Notes: generated by a model not told the origin, from the letters alone. 64,000 nucleotides of DNA from Candidatus Omnitrophota bacterium (GCA_028711115.1 JAQTSV010000001.1:1030032-1094031); one strand, 5' to 3'. Counted from the first letter of the stretch, positions 18,990 to 29,366 are shown. Numbers and translations are program-made.

Positions 18990-19007
18990 ATAAAATTCTT
19001 AAAAGAG

Positions 19008-19949
19008 CTATTTTTCGGATTTAAACCAATCGACTGTCAATCTTAAACCTGTCTCAAAATCAATCTTAGGTCTATATCCTAATTCCTTCTCTGCTTTTGA
19101 TATATCAGCAAATGTCCTGAGAACATCACCGGCCCGTAGAGGAGTAAAAGCCGGCTTAATGGATTTACCCATAATTTTATTTAAAATTTCGACCAGCTCT
19201 AAGATAGTATGGTCTTTATTGTTGGCGATATTAAAGACATCACACTTTATATTCTGCCTGGTTGCTGCAAGTATATTTGCATCCACTACATTATCTATAT
19301 AAGTGAAATCGCGTGACTGCTTTCCGTCGCCATGAATAGGCGGCTGCCGATTATTCATCATGGCATTAATAAATTTTGGGATCACGACCGAATATTCATC
19401 GTCTAAACTTTGACGCGGGCCATAGACATTAAAATATCTCAAACTCACAGTCTCTAACTTGTAATTTACGCTGAAGATTTTGCAATAATACTCGCCTGCC
19501 AATTTGCTCAGTGCATAAGGAGAAATCAATAGCGGCAGCGAATCTTCCCTTTCGGGAAAAATATCTGTCTCTCCGTATATGGAGCTTGAGGAAGCAAAAA
19601 CAAAGCGTTTAATCCTGTTTTTCAAAGAAGCCTTCAAGAGATTTAGCGTGCCGTTAATATTCACATCGTTATAGCTGTAAGGGTCATTCATTGATTTAGG
19701 CACCGAACGTAAAGCCGCCTGGTGAAAAACACAATCTATATCTTTTGTGGCGCGAAGGCATACTTTATAATCTCTGATGTCACCTTTTATCAGCTGAAAA
19801 TTCTTATTTGCCTTGGCGAATTTTAAATTTTCTTTCCTGCCGCTGGAGAAATTATCTAAAACCTTCACAGAACTGCCTTCTCTGAGCAACCGCTCTGCGA
19901 TATGAGAGCCGATAAATCCTGCGCCGCCAGTTACTAAATATTTAGCCAT
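19008..19949 (-). CDS. NAD-dependent nucleotide-sugar epimerase/dehydratase (extended SDR)
   Basis: 313 aa. TGGAGFIGSH Rossmann motif and YxxxK (YALSKLAGE). Substrate not assignable. Confidence 0.85.
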   Translation of the reverse strand: MAKYLVTGGAGFIGSHIAERLLREGSSVKVLDNFSSGRKENLKFAKANKNFQLIKGDIRDYKVCLRATKDIDCVFHQAALRSVPKSMNDPYSYNDVNINGTLNLLKASLKNRIKRFVFASSSSIYGETDIFPEREDSLPLLISPYALSKLAGEYYCKIFSVNYKLETVSLRYFNVYGPRQSLDDEYSVVIPKFINAMMNNRQPPIHGDGKQSRDFTYIDNVVDANILAATRQNIKCDVFNIANNKDHTILELVEILNKIMGKSIKPAFTPLRAGDVLRTFADISKAEKELGYRPKIDFETGLRLTVDWFKSEK

Positions 19950-19950
19950 A

Positions 19951-20829
19951 TTATTTTATGCTCTTTTTAATAGCCGCTGGTATACAATCGATAATATCTG
20001 AGGCAATAAGCGCCAGCTGAGTCTTTTCCTGTGCCGCCAAATCACCGGCCAAACCGTGCAGATACACACCATATTTTGCCGCGTCAAAACTATTCAATCC
20101 CTGCGCCAGTAATGCCGCAATTATCCCGCTCAATACATCTCCGCAGCCCGCTGTGCTCATTCCGCTGTTGCCGGTTTTATTGACGTATATCGAACCTGCC
20201 GGATCAGCAACTACTGTCTGATATCCTTTTAGAACCACAACCAGATTATATTCTTTGGCAAAATTTCTGGCAACTTCCCTTTTCTTATTCTGGATATTCT
20301 TTGGACTGACATCCAATAACCTTGCCATTTCCCCGGGATGCGGAGTAATAATCCTGAAATCAGTTTTATCCAAGGGCAGGCAAGAAATCCCTACTTTGAA
20401 TTTATCCAAAAATCCCGCCCAGGCATTTATAGCGTCGGCATCTATTAAAGTTTTAACGCGCGATTCAAAGATTGTCTTTCTGATTAATTCCTGTGTCTGG
20501 ATATTCTGCGAAAGTCCCGGGCCAATCAACAAAACATCGGACTTCTCCAGAAATTCCTTAATCTTATCGAAGGCAGTTTTGGACAAAGTTCCGTCGCTGG
20601 TTTCGGCCAAAGGCAACATCATCACTTCAACGGTGTGGCTGGCAACAGCACGGACCAGACTCTCAGGCAAACCCAAAGTGACTAATCCAGCTCCGCAACG
20701 TAACGCCGACTTCGCCGCTAAAATCGCAGCTCCGGTCATTCCCAAAGAACCCGCCAGAATAAAAACATGGCCGAAATCGTTCTTATGCGAATCTTCTTTT
20801 CTTTTATATAACTGCTGTGGCAATTGCAT
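19951..20829 (-). CDS. nnrD: ADP-dependent NAD(P)H-hydrate dehydratase (YjeF C-terminal domain only)
   Basis: 292 aa. SHKNDFGHVFILAGS and GNSGMSTAGCGDVLSG motifs. No N-terminal epimerase domain. Confidence 0.85.
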   Translation of the reverse strand: MQLPQQLYKRKEDSHKNDFGHVFILAGSLGMTGAAILAAKSALRCGAGLVTLGLPESLVRAVASHTVEVMMLPLAETSDGTLSKTAFDKIKEFLEKSDVLLIGPGLSQNIQTQELIRKTIFESRVKTLIDADAINAWAGFLDKFKVGISCLPLDKTDFRIITPHPGEMARLLDVSPKNIQNKKREVARNFAKEYNLVVVLKGYQTVVADPAGSIYVNKTGNSGMSTAGCGDVLSGIIAALLAQGLNSFDAAKYGVYLHGLAGDLAAQEKTQLALIASDIIDCIPAAIKKSIK

Positions 20830-21139
20830 ATTTATCTGTGTGCGCTATGGAAAGATGGATATGATTTTTCTTCCTGTTAATCCTGCAGGAAGGTTTGCCG
20901 AATTTATCATTAATTATCTCTATATCTTTAAATGTTACGGGGCTATTGCCAAATGCCTTGATAATCGCCTCTTTTGCCGCAAATCTGGCAGCCAAGTGCT
21001 GGAAAGGAAAACGTTTCTGCATGGAATAATCTATTTCCTTTTTATTGAATACGCGATTCAGAAAACTATCTCCCCATTTATCAATGGCGCGCTTCAGTCG
21101 CGAAATCTCAACTATGTCTATGCCTATGCCTTTGTTCAT
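20804..21139 (-). CDS. acpS: holo-[acyl-carrier-protein] synthase
   Basis: 111 aa with GIGIDIVEISR start, typical of AcpS. pdxJ-acpS adjacency as in E. coli. Confidence 0.9.
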   Translation of the reverse strand: MNKGIGIDIVEISRLKRAIDKWGDSFLNRVFNKKEIDYSMQKRFPFQHLAARFAAKEAIIKAFGNSPVTFKDIEIINDKFGKPSCRINRKKNHIHLSIAHTDKYAIATAVI

Positions 21140-21858
21140 AACGAATGCAAATCTATAAGCCTTTTCATTTCCCTGACTGCTTTATCCAATCCCACTATTA
21201 CCGCACGGCAGATAATGGAATAACCGATATTTAATTCATTCAGCTGGGGAATTTTGCAAATGGCAATCACATTCTTATAATCCAAGCCGTGGCCTGCGTT
21301 AACGCCCAGGCCTATTTTATGAGCGTGCGAGGCTGCGTCTTTAATAATTGCCAGATTATCCAGCAATTCTTTTTCGTCTTTGCTATTGGCGTATGCTCCT
21401 GTGTGCAATTCAATAAATTCAGCGCCTACGTCTTTAGATGCGTCGATTTGTTTTCTGTCCGGCTCGATAAAAAGACTTACCAGAATATCTTCGCCGTGTA
21501 ATTTTTTCACCACCTCTTTAATTTTACTTTTCAGCGACACCACATCCAAACCGCCTTCTGTGGTAAGCTCCTGTCTTCTTTCCGGGACTAATGTCGCCTG
21601 GTCCGGCGCAACTTTACGGGCAATATCCACAATCTCTTTGTTTATGGACATCTCAAGATTCAACCTTGTCTTTACTGTCTCTGTTAATATAGAAAGGTCT
21701 CTGTCTTTAATGTGGCGGCGGTCTTCCCTTAGATGGACAACTATACCGTCAGCGCCTGCCAATTCACAAATCCCGGCGGCAATAACCGGTTCCGGTTCTC
21801 TTGACTTTCTTAATTCCCTCAGGCTTGCAATGTGATCAATATTTACGCCTAATTTCAT
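21136..21858 (-). CDS. pdxJ: pyridoxine 5'-phosphate synthase
   Basis: 240 aa. LGVNIDHIASLRE start and EFIELHTG motif. Confidence 0.93.
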   Translation of the reverse strand: MKLGVNIDHIASLRELRKSREPEPVIAAGICELAGADGIVVHLREDRRHIKDRDLSILTETVKTRLNLEMSINKEIVDIARKVAPDQATLVPERRQELTTEGGLDVVSLKSKIKEVVKKLHGEDILVSLFIEPDRKQIDASKDVGAEFIELHTGAYANSKDEKELLDNLAIIKDAASHAHKIGLGVNAGHGLDYKNVIAICKIPQLNELNIGYSIICRAVIVGLDKAVREMKRLIDLHSL

Positions 21859-21870
21859 AAACCTTTATCC

Positions 21871-21969
21871 TTATCCGTTTACGTGAAACCAAATCACCAC
21901 AGCCAAGATAAAAGAAATAATCTTAAGAAAAATATTATTTGTAAACCATCTCTTTATTTTATCTATCAT
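21871..21969 (-). pseudogene. 32-codon ORF resembling only the N-terminal membrane anchor of CdaR/YbbR (remnant or micro-protein)
   Basis: The ATG at 21969 lies 2 nt after the cdaA stop. The peptide is MIDKIKRWFTNNIFLKIISFILAVVIWFHVNG*. It matches the typical YbbR-protein N-terminus pattern and sits in the cdaA-cdaR position. No YbbR domains follow. Confidence 0.4.
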
Positions 21970-21971
21970 TA

Positions 21972-22739
21972 CTATGTCTCCTGCCGCAACAGGTTTCTTA
22001 AAGTCCGCGACAATTCTTCCCTGGAGATATCGCTGATGATATGACCCTCTGTAGCCAAAGATATATTGCCTGTTTCCTCTGAAACAATAATTACCACAGC
22101 ATCTGTGTCTTCGGATAAACCCAGCGCTGCCCTGTGCCGCGTTCCATGAGTACGGCTTAACCGCGCATTGTCATCTATGAGAGGAAAAAGGCAACATGCC
22201 GCGGCAATGCGTCCGCCGACAATTACCACGCCGCCATCATGCAGAGGGCTGGAAGGGAAAAATATCGCTTCTAAAATTTCCTCGGAAACCATGGAATCCA
22301 TCTGTACGCCGCTATCAATATAGACCTTCAGAGAATCATCTCTTTCCAGAGCAATCAATGCCCCTATCTTTTTCTCAGAGAAATTCACAGCCGCCTTTTC
22401 CAGCTGCCTGATTAATATTTCTAATTCCTCTGCCTTTAAAAGAGGTGAGGTCAAGAATACCTGCCTGGCACCCAGGCGGGCAAGGCCCTGCCTTAATTCC
22501 GGCTGAAAAATAATAAATATTCCGATTATAGAAATGGCGAATATCTTGGTCATAATCCAATCCAGGGTATGGAATCCCAGTTTCTGGAAAATGAAAAACA
22601 TCACCACCAAGATAATCAGGCCTCTCAATACATTTCTGGCGCGCGTCCTCTCAAAGAAAACCAGCAAATTATAAATAGCATACCACAAAATTGCTATCTC
22701 TAAATAAGGCCTCCAAAGTAATAAGATTTCTTTAATCAT
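21972..22739 (-). CDS. cdaA: diadenylate cyclase (c-di-AMP synthase), membrane-anchored
   Basis: 255 aa. Three N-terminal TM helices plus a DAC domain (DGGVVI, HGTRHRAALG, IIVSEETG). Confidence 0.9.
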   Translation of the reverse strand: MIKEILLLWRPYLEIAILWYAIYNLLVFFERTRARNVLRGLIILVVMFFIFQKLGFHTLDWIMTKIFAISIIGIFIIFQPELRQGLARLGARQVFLTSPLLKAEELEILIRQLEKAAVNFSEKKIGALIALERDDSLKVYIDSGVQMDSMVSEEILEAIFFPSSPLHDGGVVIVGGRIAAACCLFPLIDDNARLSRTHGTRHRAALGLSEDTDAVVIIVSEETGNISLATEGHIISDISREELSRTLRNLLRQET

Positions 22740-22750
22740 AATATATAAAA

Positions 22751-24055
22751 TTAATTTACTATTTTAGATAATGCTGCGTACTTTCTGGAAAAAACCGTTC
22801 TTTTTGTCTCGTCTTTGACTATGGCGTCGCAAACACAGGCAACTTCCTGCATCTGTTTTACATCATGAACCCGCAAAATGTGAGCGCCGTTTTGTATAGA
22901 TAAAGCTATTGCTGCAGCCGTGCCGAATATTCTTCCGTCTGGTTCGGCATTGAGAATCTTTCCCAAAAAAGATTTGCGCGACACGCCTAACAATATGGGT
23001 TTTCCCAATACCTTAAATTCCTTCAGGTTTCTTAAGATTTCTAAATTATGCTCTAATGTTTTACCAAATCCTATACCGGGATCTATAATTATACTATCAC
23101 CGGATATTCCAGAATCAACTGCTAATTCTATTCTCTGGGCCAAAAAAGAAATTACCTCTTCTAATAAGAATTCATATTGGGGGGCTTTTTGCATTGTACG
23201 CGGCGTGCCTTTCATATGCATGATAATTGTGGCCGCACGATACTTTGCTATCAGTTTTCTCATCTTAACATCTTTTAAACCTGTGATATCGTTAATGATG
23301 CTGGCGCCCAAATCCAGGGCGACCTTCGCTACTTCCGGTTTGTAAGTGTCGACCGAAACCGGCAATTTAAATTTCTTCACTAAAATATTCAAACAACAGG
23401 AAATTCTCTTGATCTCTTCTTTTTTGTCTATGGGTTTTGCTCCGGGCCGAGTAGACTCAGCTCCGATGTCAATGATATCGGCCCCGCCTTCTATCATCTG
23501 CTCTGCCTTTTCTAAAACGAGATTCTCCATCCTGTCTTTTGTGGCTTTATCAAATACCTGCCCCAGCAAACCATCGCCGCTGAAAGAATCATCCGTCACA
23601 TTGATTATCCCCATAATCAGAGTTTTCCTGTCGGTATTTAAAACATAATTCCTGCATTTAATCAAAAATTTATCTTTTTTATAATTAGTTACGGACTTTG
23701 CCAAATCCTTTCCTATATTAGCTAACCCGAAAGGCTGCCTGTTTAATTTCTCAATCAATCTTTTCAGTTGTACAAAATTACCTATCAATAAACAGTCGGT
23801 ATTTTTATCCCTGCCTGTTATGGACTGGCGGCTTATAGCCACATCGCCGCCCAAAGAGAGCATTTCCTGTTTCAAGATATTGGCGGCAATGGAAGATACG
23901 TCCGCAATCTTAATCAAGAAAGAATCTGCCTTGGGAGACATTATCTTAATGCCATATTCATCTACTTTGATATCTCGTAATTGACGGTCTAAATTTGATT
24001 GATTATTAAAAGAAAGGATACGGGCAAGCATCTCTGACTTAATTGGAATTTTCAC
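22751..24055 (-). CDS. folP: dihydropteroate synthase with ~145-aa N-terminal extension
   Basis: The pterin-binding domain starts at MGIINVTDDSFSGDG. The N-terminal domain carries ANILKQEMLSLGG, which I recall from long FolP forms in other anaerobes. The track start is GTG, so the start is uncertain. Confidence 0.88.
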   Translation of the reverse strand: MKIPIKSEMLARILSFNNQSNLDRQLRDIKVDEYGIKIMSPKADSFLIKIADVSSIAANILKQEMLSLGGDVAISRQSITGRDKNTDCLLIGNFVQLKRLIEKLNRQPFGLANIGKDLAKSVTNYKKDKFLIKCRNYVLNTDRKTLIMGIINVTDDSFSGDGLLGQVFDKATKDRMENLVLEKAEQMIEGGADIIDIGAESTRPGAKPIDKKEEIKRISCCLNILVKKFKLPVSVDTYKPEVAKVALDLGASIINDITGLKDVKMRKLIAKYRAATIIMHMKGTPRTMQKAPQYEFLLEEVISFLAQRIELAVDSGISGDSIIIDPGIGFGKTLEHNLEILRNLKEFKVLGKPILLGVSRKSFLGKILNAEPDGRIFGTAAAIALSIQNGAHILRVHDVKQMQEVACVCDAIVKDETKRTVFSRKYAALSKIVN

Positions 24056-24059
24056 CTGA

Positions 24060-25940
24060 CTAATTCAATTGTTCTTTTTTGTCCTCGAAACCCAATAATT
24101 TCTTTACGTCCTCTGCATCCAAAACTTCCTTCTCCAGAAGATTTTTCGCCAAGAGGTCCAATTTATCGCGGTGTTCCACCAACAGCGTACTCGCCTGCTT
24201 AAAACAATCGTCGATAATCCTGCGTACTTCTTCGTCTATTTTCTTGGCGGTCTCTTCGCTGTAATTTCTCTCTTCAGCCAAATCCCTGCCTAAAAATATC
24301 AAGCCATTACGCTGACCAAAAGTCAGATGGCCTAAAACATCCGACATACCAAACTGGCAAACCATTTTTCTTGCCATCTGCGTGGCCATTTCCAAATCAT
24401 TCTCTGCGCCGGTAGTCACATCGCCAAAATTTATGACCTCTGCTGCCCTGCCGCCGAGAAGTACGGTAATCCTGCCGACCAGTTCTTTTCTGGTCATTAT
24501 GTATCTATCCTGCAAAGGCATCTGCATGGTATAACCCAATGCAGCTATTCCCCGGGGAATAATAGAGACTTTATGCAAAGGATCAACATCGGGAATCAAT
24601 AAAGAAACCAAGGAATGACCGCTCTCATGATAGGCAACAATCTCTTTTTCTTTTTTGGAGATTACCCTGCTTTTTCTTTCTGGTCCGGCCACTACCCGTT
24701 CTATGGCTGATTCCAATTCTTCTGTGCCTACGGCTTCTTTATTATTGCGTGCTGCAAGCAAAGCAGCTTCATTACAAAGATTGGCTAAATCAGCTCCGGA
24801 AAAACCCGGCGTCTGGCGCGCAATATGATCCAGCTTCACATTTTCTGCTAATTTAATATTACGCACATGAACCTTTAGTATGGCTTCTCGTCCTTTGATA
24901 TCCGGACGGTCTACAACCACGTGGCGGTCAAAACGCCCGGGCCTGAGTAATGCCGGATCCAAAGTATCCGGCCTGTTTGTGGCAGCCACGAGGATTATGC
25001 CTTCCTGCGGATCAAAGCCATCCATCTCCACCAAAAGCTGGTTAAGCGTCTGTTCGCGTTCATCGTGGCCTCCGCCTATGCCTGAAAAACGCAACCTTCC
25101 CACGGCATCTATTTCATCTATAAAAATAATGCAGCCCCTGCCGCTCAATTTGGCTGCTTTTCTGCCTTGTTCAAAAAGGTCTCTTACACGCGACGCACCA
25201 ACACCTACAAACATCTCCACAAAATCAGAACCGCTGATATTATGGAAAGGAACACCTGCTTCTCCGGCAACAGCCTTTGCAATTAATGTCTTTCCGCAAC
25301 CCGGCGGGCCGACCAATAAAACTCCCTTGGGAATTTTTCCTCCCAATCTCTGAAATTTCTTGGGATCTTTCAAAAATTCAATTATTTCTTTTAATTCTTC
25401 CTTGGCTTCATCCACTCCGGCTACATCCTCAAATGTAATTTTCTTATCTTTTCCATCACCGGATACGCGCGCGCGAGCCTTTCCAAAAGACCAAAGCTTG
25501 TTTCCTACTTCTGTGCCGCGCCTGGACATATACCAAAATAATAATATAAACAAAAGTACCGGCCCGAATGAAAAGAACAAATTCGCCCACAAGCTGCGCG
25601 AAGTCCTCACCGTAAAATTAGGCACATTGTCTCTAATTACAGATAATAACCCATCGTCTTTTTCCGGAATGATAACAAAGAATTTATCGCCGTTATTCAG
25701 CTCTCCTTTAAGAGTAATATCTATCAATTCCAGGCTCTTTATAGAGGAAGGATTTTCTTTTAAAATATGATAAAATCCGCCGTAACTCATCTCTTTTGGC
25801 AAGCCATACATATTATTCACGACATTGGAAGTAGTCACCAAATTGGCAAACCAAAGGACAATCAGGGTAAAAACTATCCAGCCGATAATACCCCTGTTGT
25901 TTTTTTTATTGCTCTTTCTGACTCTCTTTTGCATATTCAT
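24060..25940 (-). CDS. ftsH: ATP-dependent zinc metalloprotease FtsH
   Basis: 626 aa. Two TM helices, Walker [12 protein letters not shown], and HEXXH (HESGH). Confidence 0.97.
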   Translation of the reverse strand: MNMQKRVRKSNKKNNRGIIGWIVFTLIVLWFANLVTTSNVVNNMYGLPKEMSYGGFYHILKENPSSIKSLELIDITLKGELNNGDKFFVIIPEKDDGLLSVIRDNVPNFTVRTSRSLWANLFFSFGPVLLFILLFWYMSRRGTEVGNKLWSFGKARARVSGDGKDKKITFEDVAGVDEAKEELKEIIEFLKDPKKFQRLGGKIPKGVLLVGPPGCGKTLIAKAVAGEAGVPFHNISGSDFVEMFVGVGASRVRDLFEQGRKAAKLSGRGCIIFIDEIDAVGRLRFSGIGGGHDEREQTLNQLLVEMDGFDPQEGIILVAATNRPDTLDPALLRPGRFDRHVVVDRPDIKGREAILKVHVRNIKLAENVKLDHIARQTPGFSGADLANLCNEAALLAARNNKEAVGTEELESAIERVVAGPERKSRVISKKEKEIVAYHESGHSLVSLLIPDVDPLHKVSIIPRGIAALGYTMQMPLQDRYIMTRKELVGRITVLLGGRAAEVINFGDVTTGAENDLEMATQMARKMVCQFGMSDVLGHLTFGQRNGLIFLGRDLAEERNYSEETAKKIDEEVRRIIDDCFKQASTLLVEHRDKLDLLAKNLLEKEVLDAEDVKKLLGFEDKKEQLN

Positions 25941-26039
25941 ATCTCTTTTCTATTTATTTATTTTTGCGCAGCAAATAATTATATTCCTAACTCCTTACAA
26001 AATCAAGACTTTATTTGCTATTTATTTAATATATAATAT

Positions 26040-27008
26040 TTATTTTTTATAAATAACAATATTATACTTATCTTTTTTTGCGCAAATATCTTTGGTTAAA
26101 TGCACAATCGAGCCATTTGGCCTTTTATTGATTAAATCCTGAGTCTCTTCCCAGTGTTTATAGGTAAAACTGCGTAAGTCTTGTGCAATTCTTTCCAAAG
26201 CCACTCTGATAGCCATACGTTGCAGGGCCAAATGGAGATTGCCAAGTTTGAGCAAATCCAGTTTCACCGAATCCCCATTTCCCTTTACATAATGCTTTGC
26301 CTGCTGGTACAGATAATCATAATCTGCGGCTGCCTGCTGGGCAAAACGCGCCAGTGTTGGTTTTATATTGGGATTCATCCTGCTTAAATCCTTCAGCAGA
26401 CCGTGCCTTAATTTATTTCTCAGGAATATTTTACTGAAATTCGTCTTATCTATGCGCGGCCTTACTTTTATTTTCTTTAAATAATCTTCTATCTGGCTGC
26501 GGGAAGTTTCAATCATGGGGCGGATGATATCAAATGCGCCTTCTCTTCTCTTGGGTAAAATAGAAATCAGGCCGTAAAGTCCGGTGCCTCTGATAAATCT
26601 CATTAATACCGTCTCGGCCTGGTCGTCTAAAGTATGCGCCAAAGCAATTTTATCTATTTTGTATTTCTTGGCCACGCTAAATAAAAAATCATAGCGCAAT
26701 TTACGCAGCGCTTCTTCGCTGGGCTTTGATTTTGTAGAGGTCCATCTGATTTTTCTGGAAACACAATCCAGGCCGAGGCTGCTGGATATATTCTTTACAA
26801 ATTCTTCGTCTAAGTCAGAAGCCTTGCCTCTTAGGCCGTGATTTAAGTGGGCAACAATAATTTTAATTCCCAGTTTAACTTTTAAGTCATAAAGTAGATA
26901 CAAAAGCGCAACCGAATCTGGCCCGCCTGAAACACCGACTAACACCCTGTCCAAAGAAGACAAAAGGTTATATTTCCGGATAGTCTGTAAAATTTTATCC
27001 CTAAACAT
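26040..27008 (-). CDS. tilS: tRNA(Ile)-lysidine synthase (short form)
   Basis: 322 aa with PP-loop SGGPDS. tilS-ftsH order is conserved. Confidence 0.9.
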   Translation of the reverse strand: MFRDKILQTIRKYNLLSSLDRVLVGVSGGPDSVALLYLLYDLKVKLGIKIIVAHLNHGLRGKASDLDEEFVKNISSSLGLDCVSRKIRWTSTKSKPSEEALRKLRYDFLFSVAKKYKIDKIALAHTLDDQAETVLMRFIRGTGLYGLISILPKRREGAFDIIRPMIETSRSQIEDYLKKIKVRPRIDKTNFSKIFLRNKLRHGLLKDLSRMNPNIKPTLARFAQQAAADYDYLYQQAKHYVKGNGDSVKLDLLKLGNLHLALQRMAIRVALERIAQDLRSFTYKHWEETQDLINKRPNGSIVHLTKDICAKKDKYNIVIYKK

Positions 27009-27012
27009 AGGA

Positions 27013-27510
27013 TTACCTAGATTGCTTTTTTATTTTCTCAAATTGTTTTATTACCGACGGGTGAGTGAAAAAATAGGTGACTGACACAGAAAGAGACAAG
27101 ACAAATAAGATGCCAATGCAAAGAGCTATCACGGGAATTTGCGTCGCATATTCATTAACAATCGCGATATTGATAAATATGTCTATGACTTTATTCAGGA
27201 AATAAATTCCTATGGAAATCAGCAATAACTGGCGCGCCCATTCTTTTAACAACAATGTGCCGATACCTGCAATAATCCAACAAAGCATTATCAATAAACT
27301 TATCAAAGTTGACAACCAAAAAGCTGTGAGATTTATTGTAAAATTGGGGAATTGAGTAAACAGGGTGGACATATGGTCTTTAAACTGAAGCTCTAATTGC
27401 AGCTGAAAAAAAGAAATTATGGTATACAGGAAATTAAATGTACCCAGTAAAATAAGGAAGGAAGAAAAAACTATTACTCCTCTGGAGGCTTTTCTTCTAC
27501 GGTCTCTCAT
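27013..27510 (-). CDS. hypothetical integral membrane protein
   Basis: 165 aa with about 4 hydrophobic helices and no recognisable motif. ATG start lies 16 nt after the tRNA-Met 3' end. Confidence 0.6.
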   Translation of the reverse strand: MRDRRRKASRGVIVFSSFLILLGTFNFLYTIISFFQLQLELQFKDHMSTLFTQFPNFTINLTAFWLSTLISLLIMLCWIIAGIGTLLLKEWARQLLLISIGIYFLNKVIDIFINIAIVNEYATQIPVIALCIGILFVLSLSVSVTYFFTHPSVIKQFEKIKKQSR

Positions 27511-27526
27511 CTTTTGATAATAAAAA

Positions 27527-27603
27527 TGGTGGCGGCGACTGGATTTAAACCAGTGACCTATCGGGTATGAGCCGACTGCTCTATCAGGCTGAGCTACGCC
27601 GCC
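27527..27603 (-). tRNA. tRNA with CAT anticodon (elongator Met or lysidine-Ile2), CCA encoded
   Basis: rc reads GGCGGCGTAGCTCAGCCTGATAGAGCAGTCGGCTCATACCCGATAGGTCACTGGTTTAAATCCAGTCGCCGCCACCA. G1-C72 pairs, so it is not an initiator. Confidence 0.88.
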
Positions 27604-27604
27604 A

Positions 27605-28399
27605 TTATTTCTTGGATTTTCTGTACGCCTCTAAATATGCCTTGCAATAAATCTGCTGATTTAAAATCAACTCTGCGGTAATAAGAGCATCCATAAGTTT
27701 TTCGTCTAACGGATCCAATATGGCCGCATCCAATCCTGCCTCTTGAGCCATGACCAAAAAAGTCCTGTTGACCAAACTCCTGTCCAGCGCCCCTTGAGAA
27801 ATATTGCTCAAGCCTACAATAGTCTTTGGCGACGGGTCGCATAATAATTTGAATTCTCTGACTGCCTCTATGATTCCTTTTAACTGCGCCTGCGCCACAT
27901 CTACCGGCATTACTACCGGATCCAGATATAGCTCAGTCACGGGAAAATCGTTTTCCATACAAAAGGCAATGATATTTGCAGCCAATTCCAATCTCTGTTC
28001 CTTATTCTGCGGAATGCCTTTCTTATCTATAGAAAGTGCAATCAATCCGGAATTATATTCTTTGGCCAAAGGCACGAGTATCTCCAATTTCTCTTTATCG
28101 GCAGTGGTGGAATTGATGATTACCTTGTTTTTGGCTTTCTTGATTGCCTCACAAATTACTTTGGATTTGCTGGAATCAATGACAATGGTCTTGTCGGTTA
28201 CGCTCTGCACATTATCAATAAGCCACTGCATATCCGTAATCGGATCTTTGGATACAGGCCCGCAATTTAAATCCAATGCATCTGCGCCTGCATCTACCTG
28301 TGCCTTGGCAATTTTCTGAATGACGGATTTATCTTTTTTGACTATTGCCTCGCCTACTTCTTTATACATTCCGTTTAACAATTCACCGATAATCAACAT
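27605..28399 (-). CDS. acsE: methyl-H4folate:corrinoid/Fe-S protein methyltransferase
   Basis: 264 aa pterin-binding barrel (DAGADALDLNCGP, LSNISQG). Last gene of the acs-like block. Confidence 0.85.
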   Translation of the reverse strand: MLIIGELLNGMYKEVGEAIVKKDKSVIQKIAKAQVDAGADALDLNCGPVSKDPITDMQWLIDNVQSVTDKTIVIDSSKSKVICEAIKKAKNKVIINSTTADKEKLEILVPLAKEYNSGLIALSIDKKGIPQNKEQRLELAANIIAFCMENDFPVTELYLDPVVMPVDVAQAQLKGIIEAVREFKLLCDPSPKTIVGLSNISQGALDRSLVNRTFLVMAQEAGLDAAILDPLDEKLMDALITAELILNQQIYCKAYLEAYRKSKK

Positions 28400-28400
28400 A

Positions 28401-29366
28401 TTATCTCTCCATCAATTTATCTATGGTTTGTCTTACAGCGTCTATTGCCCTGGGATGGCGCATAACCAAAATATCTGCGCCTGACTGTAAAAATGTTGTG
28501 GCGGTTAAGGCCTCCCAGACAACACCCCTTTCTAATTCTTTGCCCCATTGAGGATATTCGGCCATGGTTGCCTTTGCTTCTTTGGCACGCCAGCTCTCAG
28601 AACCCACAAAACAAATAAACGGCTGCGCCAGCATCTTGTCTCCTGTCAAGGCAGCAAGCCTTGCCCTCTCCATAATGGAATAAGCATACTCCAAACCATA
28701 ACCCAAGGCACCGACAGTGGGATTGATTACAATTTTATCCAGGGCAAATCCCATTTCATGAATCAAAATATTGAGCTGCTTGGCGATGTTTATATCTATG
28801 GGCGATTCGGCAATAATATTGTGCCCGTCGGCCAAACAGGCCCCGACCAGGGTTTTGTAATTCTCCTGGGCTGCACTACCGAATAAACACCTTTCACCTC
28901 TGGCTGCCTCAGCGCAGGCAGGTAAAACCAAATTATCTTTTGCGTCGTCACCGCAACCCACTACTATTAAAGGTAATGAGGTCTTGGAAATAATTTCCCT
29001 GACTAATTTTGCTTCCTGTTCCGGGCTGCGGTTGCCAAAATCCGGATGCGCGCCCTGCAATCTCAAACAAATTAAATCTGCCTTGATTTTATCAATCGCC
29101 TTTTTCGACCATAATACCGGATCGGAATAAACATCTTTTAATTCCGCATCCAAAGAAGGAGACCAGTCAATAGGAGCTATATCCCAGACCTCAGCGGCAA
29201 TAACCGGCCTGTGTGGAATTTCTCCGTCGCTAAATATAAACGGCAATGTAGCTTGCCCGCCGATTTTTATATTAGATGATCTGGTACCGCCTTCATTTTT
29301 GGTGGCACCTATGGTTACCGTATTAATCTTTGCTGACCATTTTTCCTGTGCTAATTCTTTAAGCAA
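28401..29366 (-). CDS. acsD: corrinoid/Fe-S protein small subunit (CdhD/AcsD)
   Basis: 321 aa with AcsD-like sequence. TTG start with AAGGAG 8 nt upstream. 16-nt overlap with cooC. Confidence 0.85.
   Translation of the reverse strand: MLKELAQEKWSAKINTVTIGATKNEGGTRSSNIKIGGQATLPFIFSDGEIPHRPVIAAEVWDIAPIDWSPSLDAELKDVYSDPVLWSKKAIDKIKADLICLRLQGAHPDFGNRSPEQEAKLVREIISKTSLPLIVVGCGDDAKDNLVLPACAEAARGERCLFGSAAQENYKTLVGACLADGHNIIAESPIDINIAKQLNILIHEMGFALDKIVINPTVGALGYGLEYAYSIMERARLAALTGDKMLAQPFICFVGSESWRAKEAKATMAEYPQWGKELERGVVWEALTATTFLQSGADILVMRHPRAIDAVRQTIDKLMER

Noticed and set aside
18462-19046. Four track ORFs (18462-18644 +, 18607-18801 +, 18774-18974 -, 18819-19046 +) in the tRNA region
   Set aside because: They overlap tRNA-Gly, tRNA-Tyr and tRNA-Thr or the GC-rich hairpin spacer. 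Their reading frames are a by-product of structured RNA sequence.
20255-21223. 322-aa plus-strand ORF, the longest plus-strand ORF in the track
   Set aside because: It lies entirely antisense to nnrD, acpS and pdxJ, all of which have clear family motifs. Its sequence is low-complexity and hydrophobic with no recognisable domain and no RBS. It is a shadow ORF.
27594-27842. 82-aa minus-strand ORF
   Set aside because: It is out of frame within acsE, runs into tRNA-Met, and has an Arg/Gly-rich nonsense composition.
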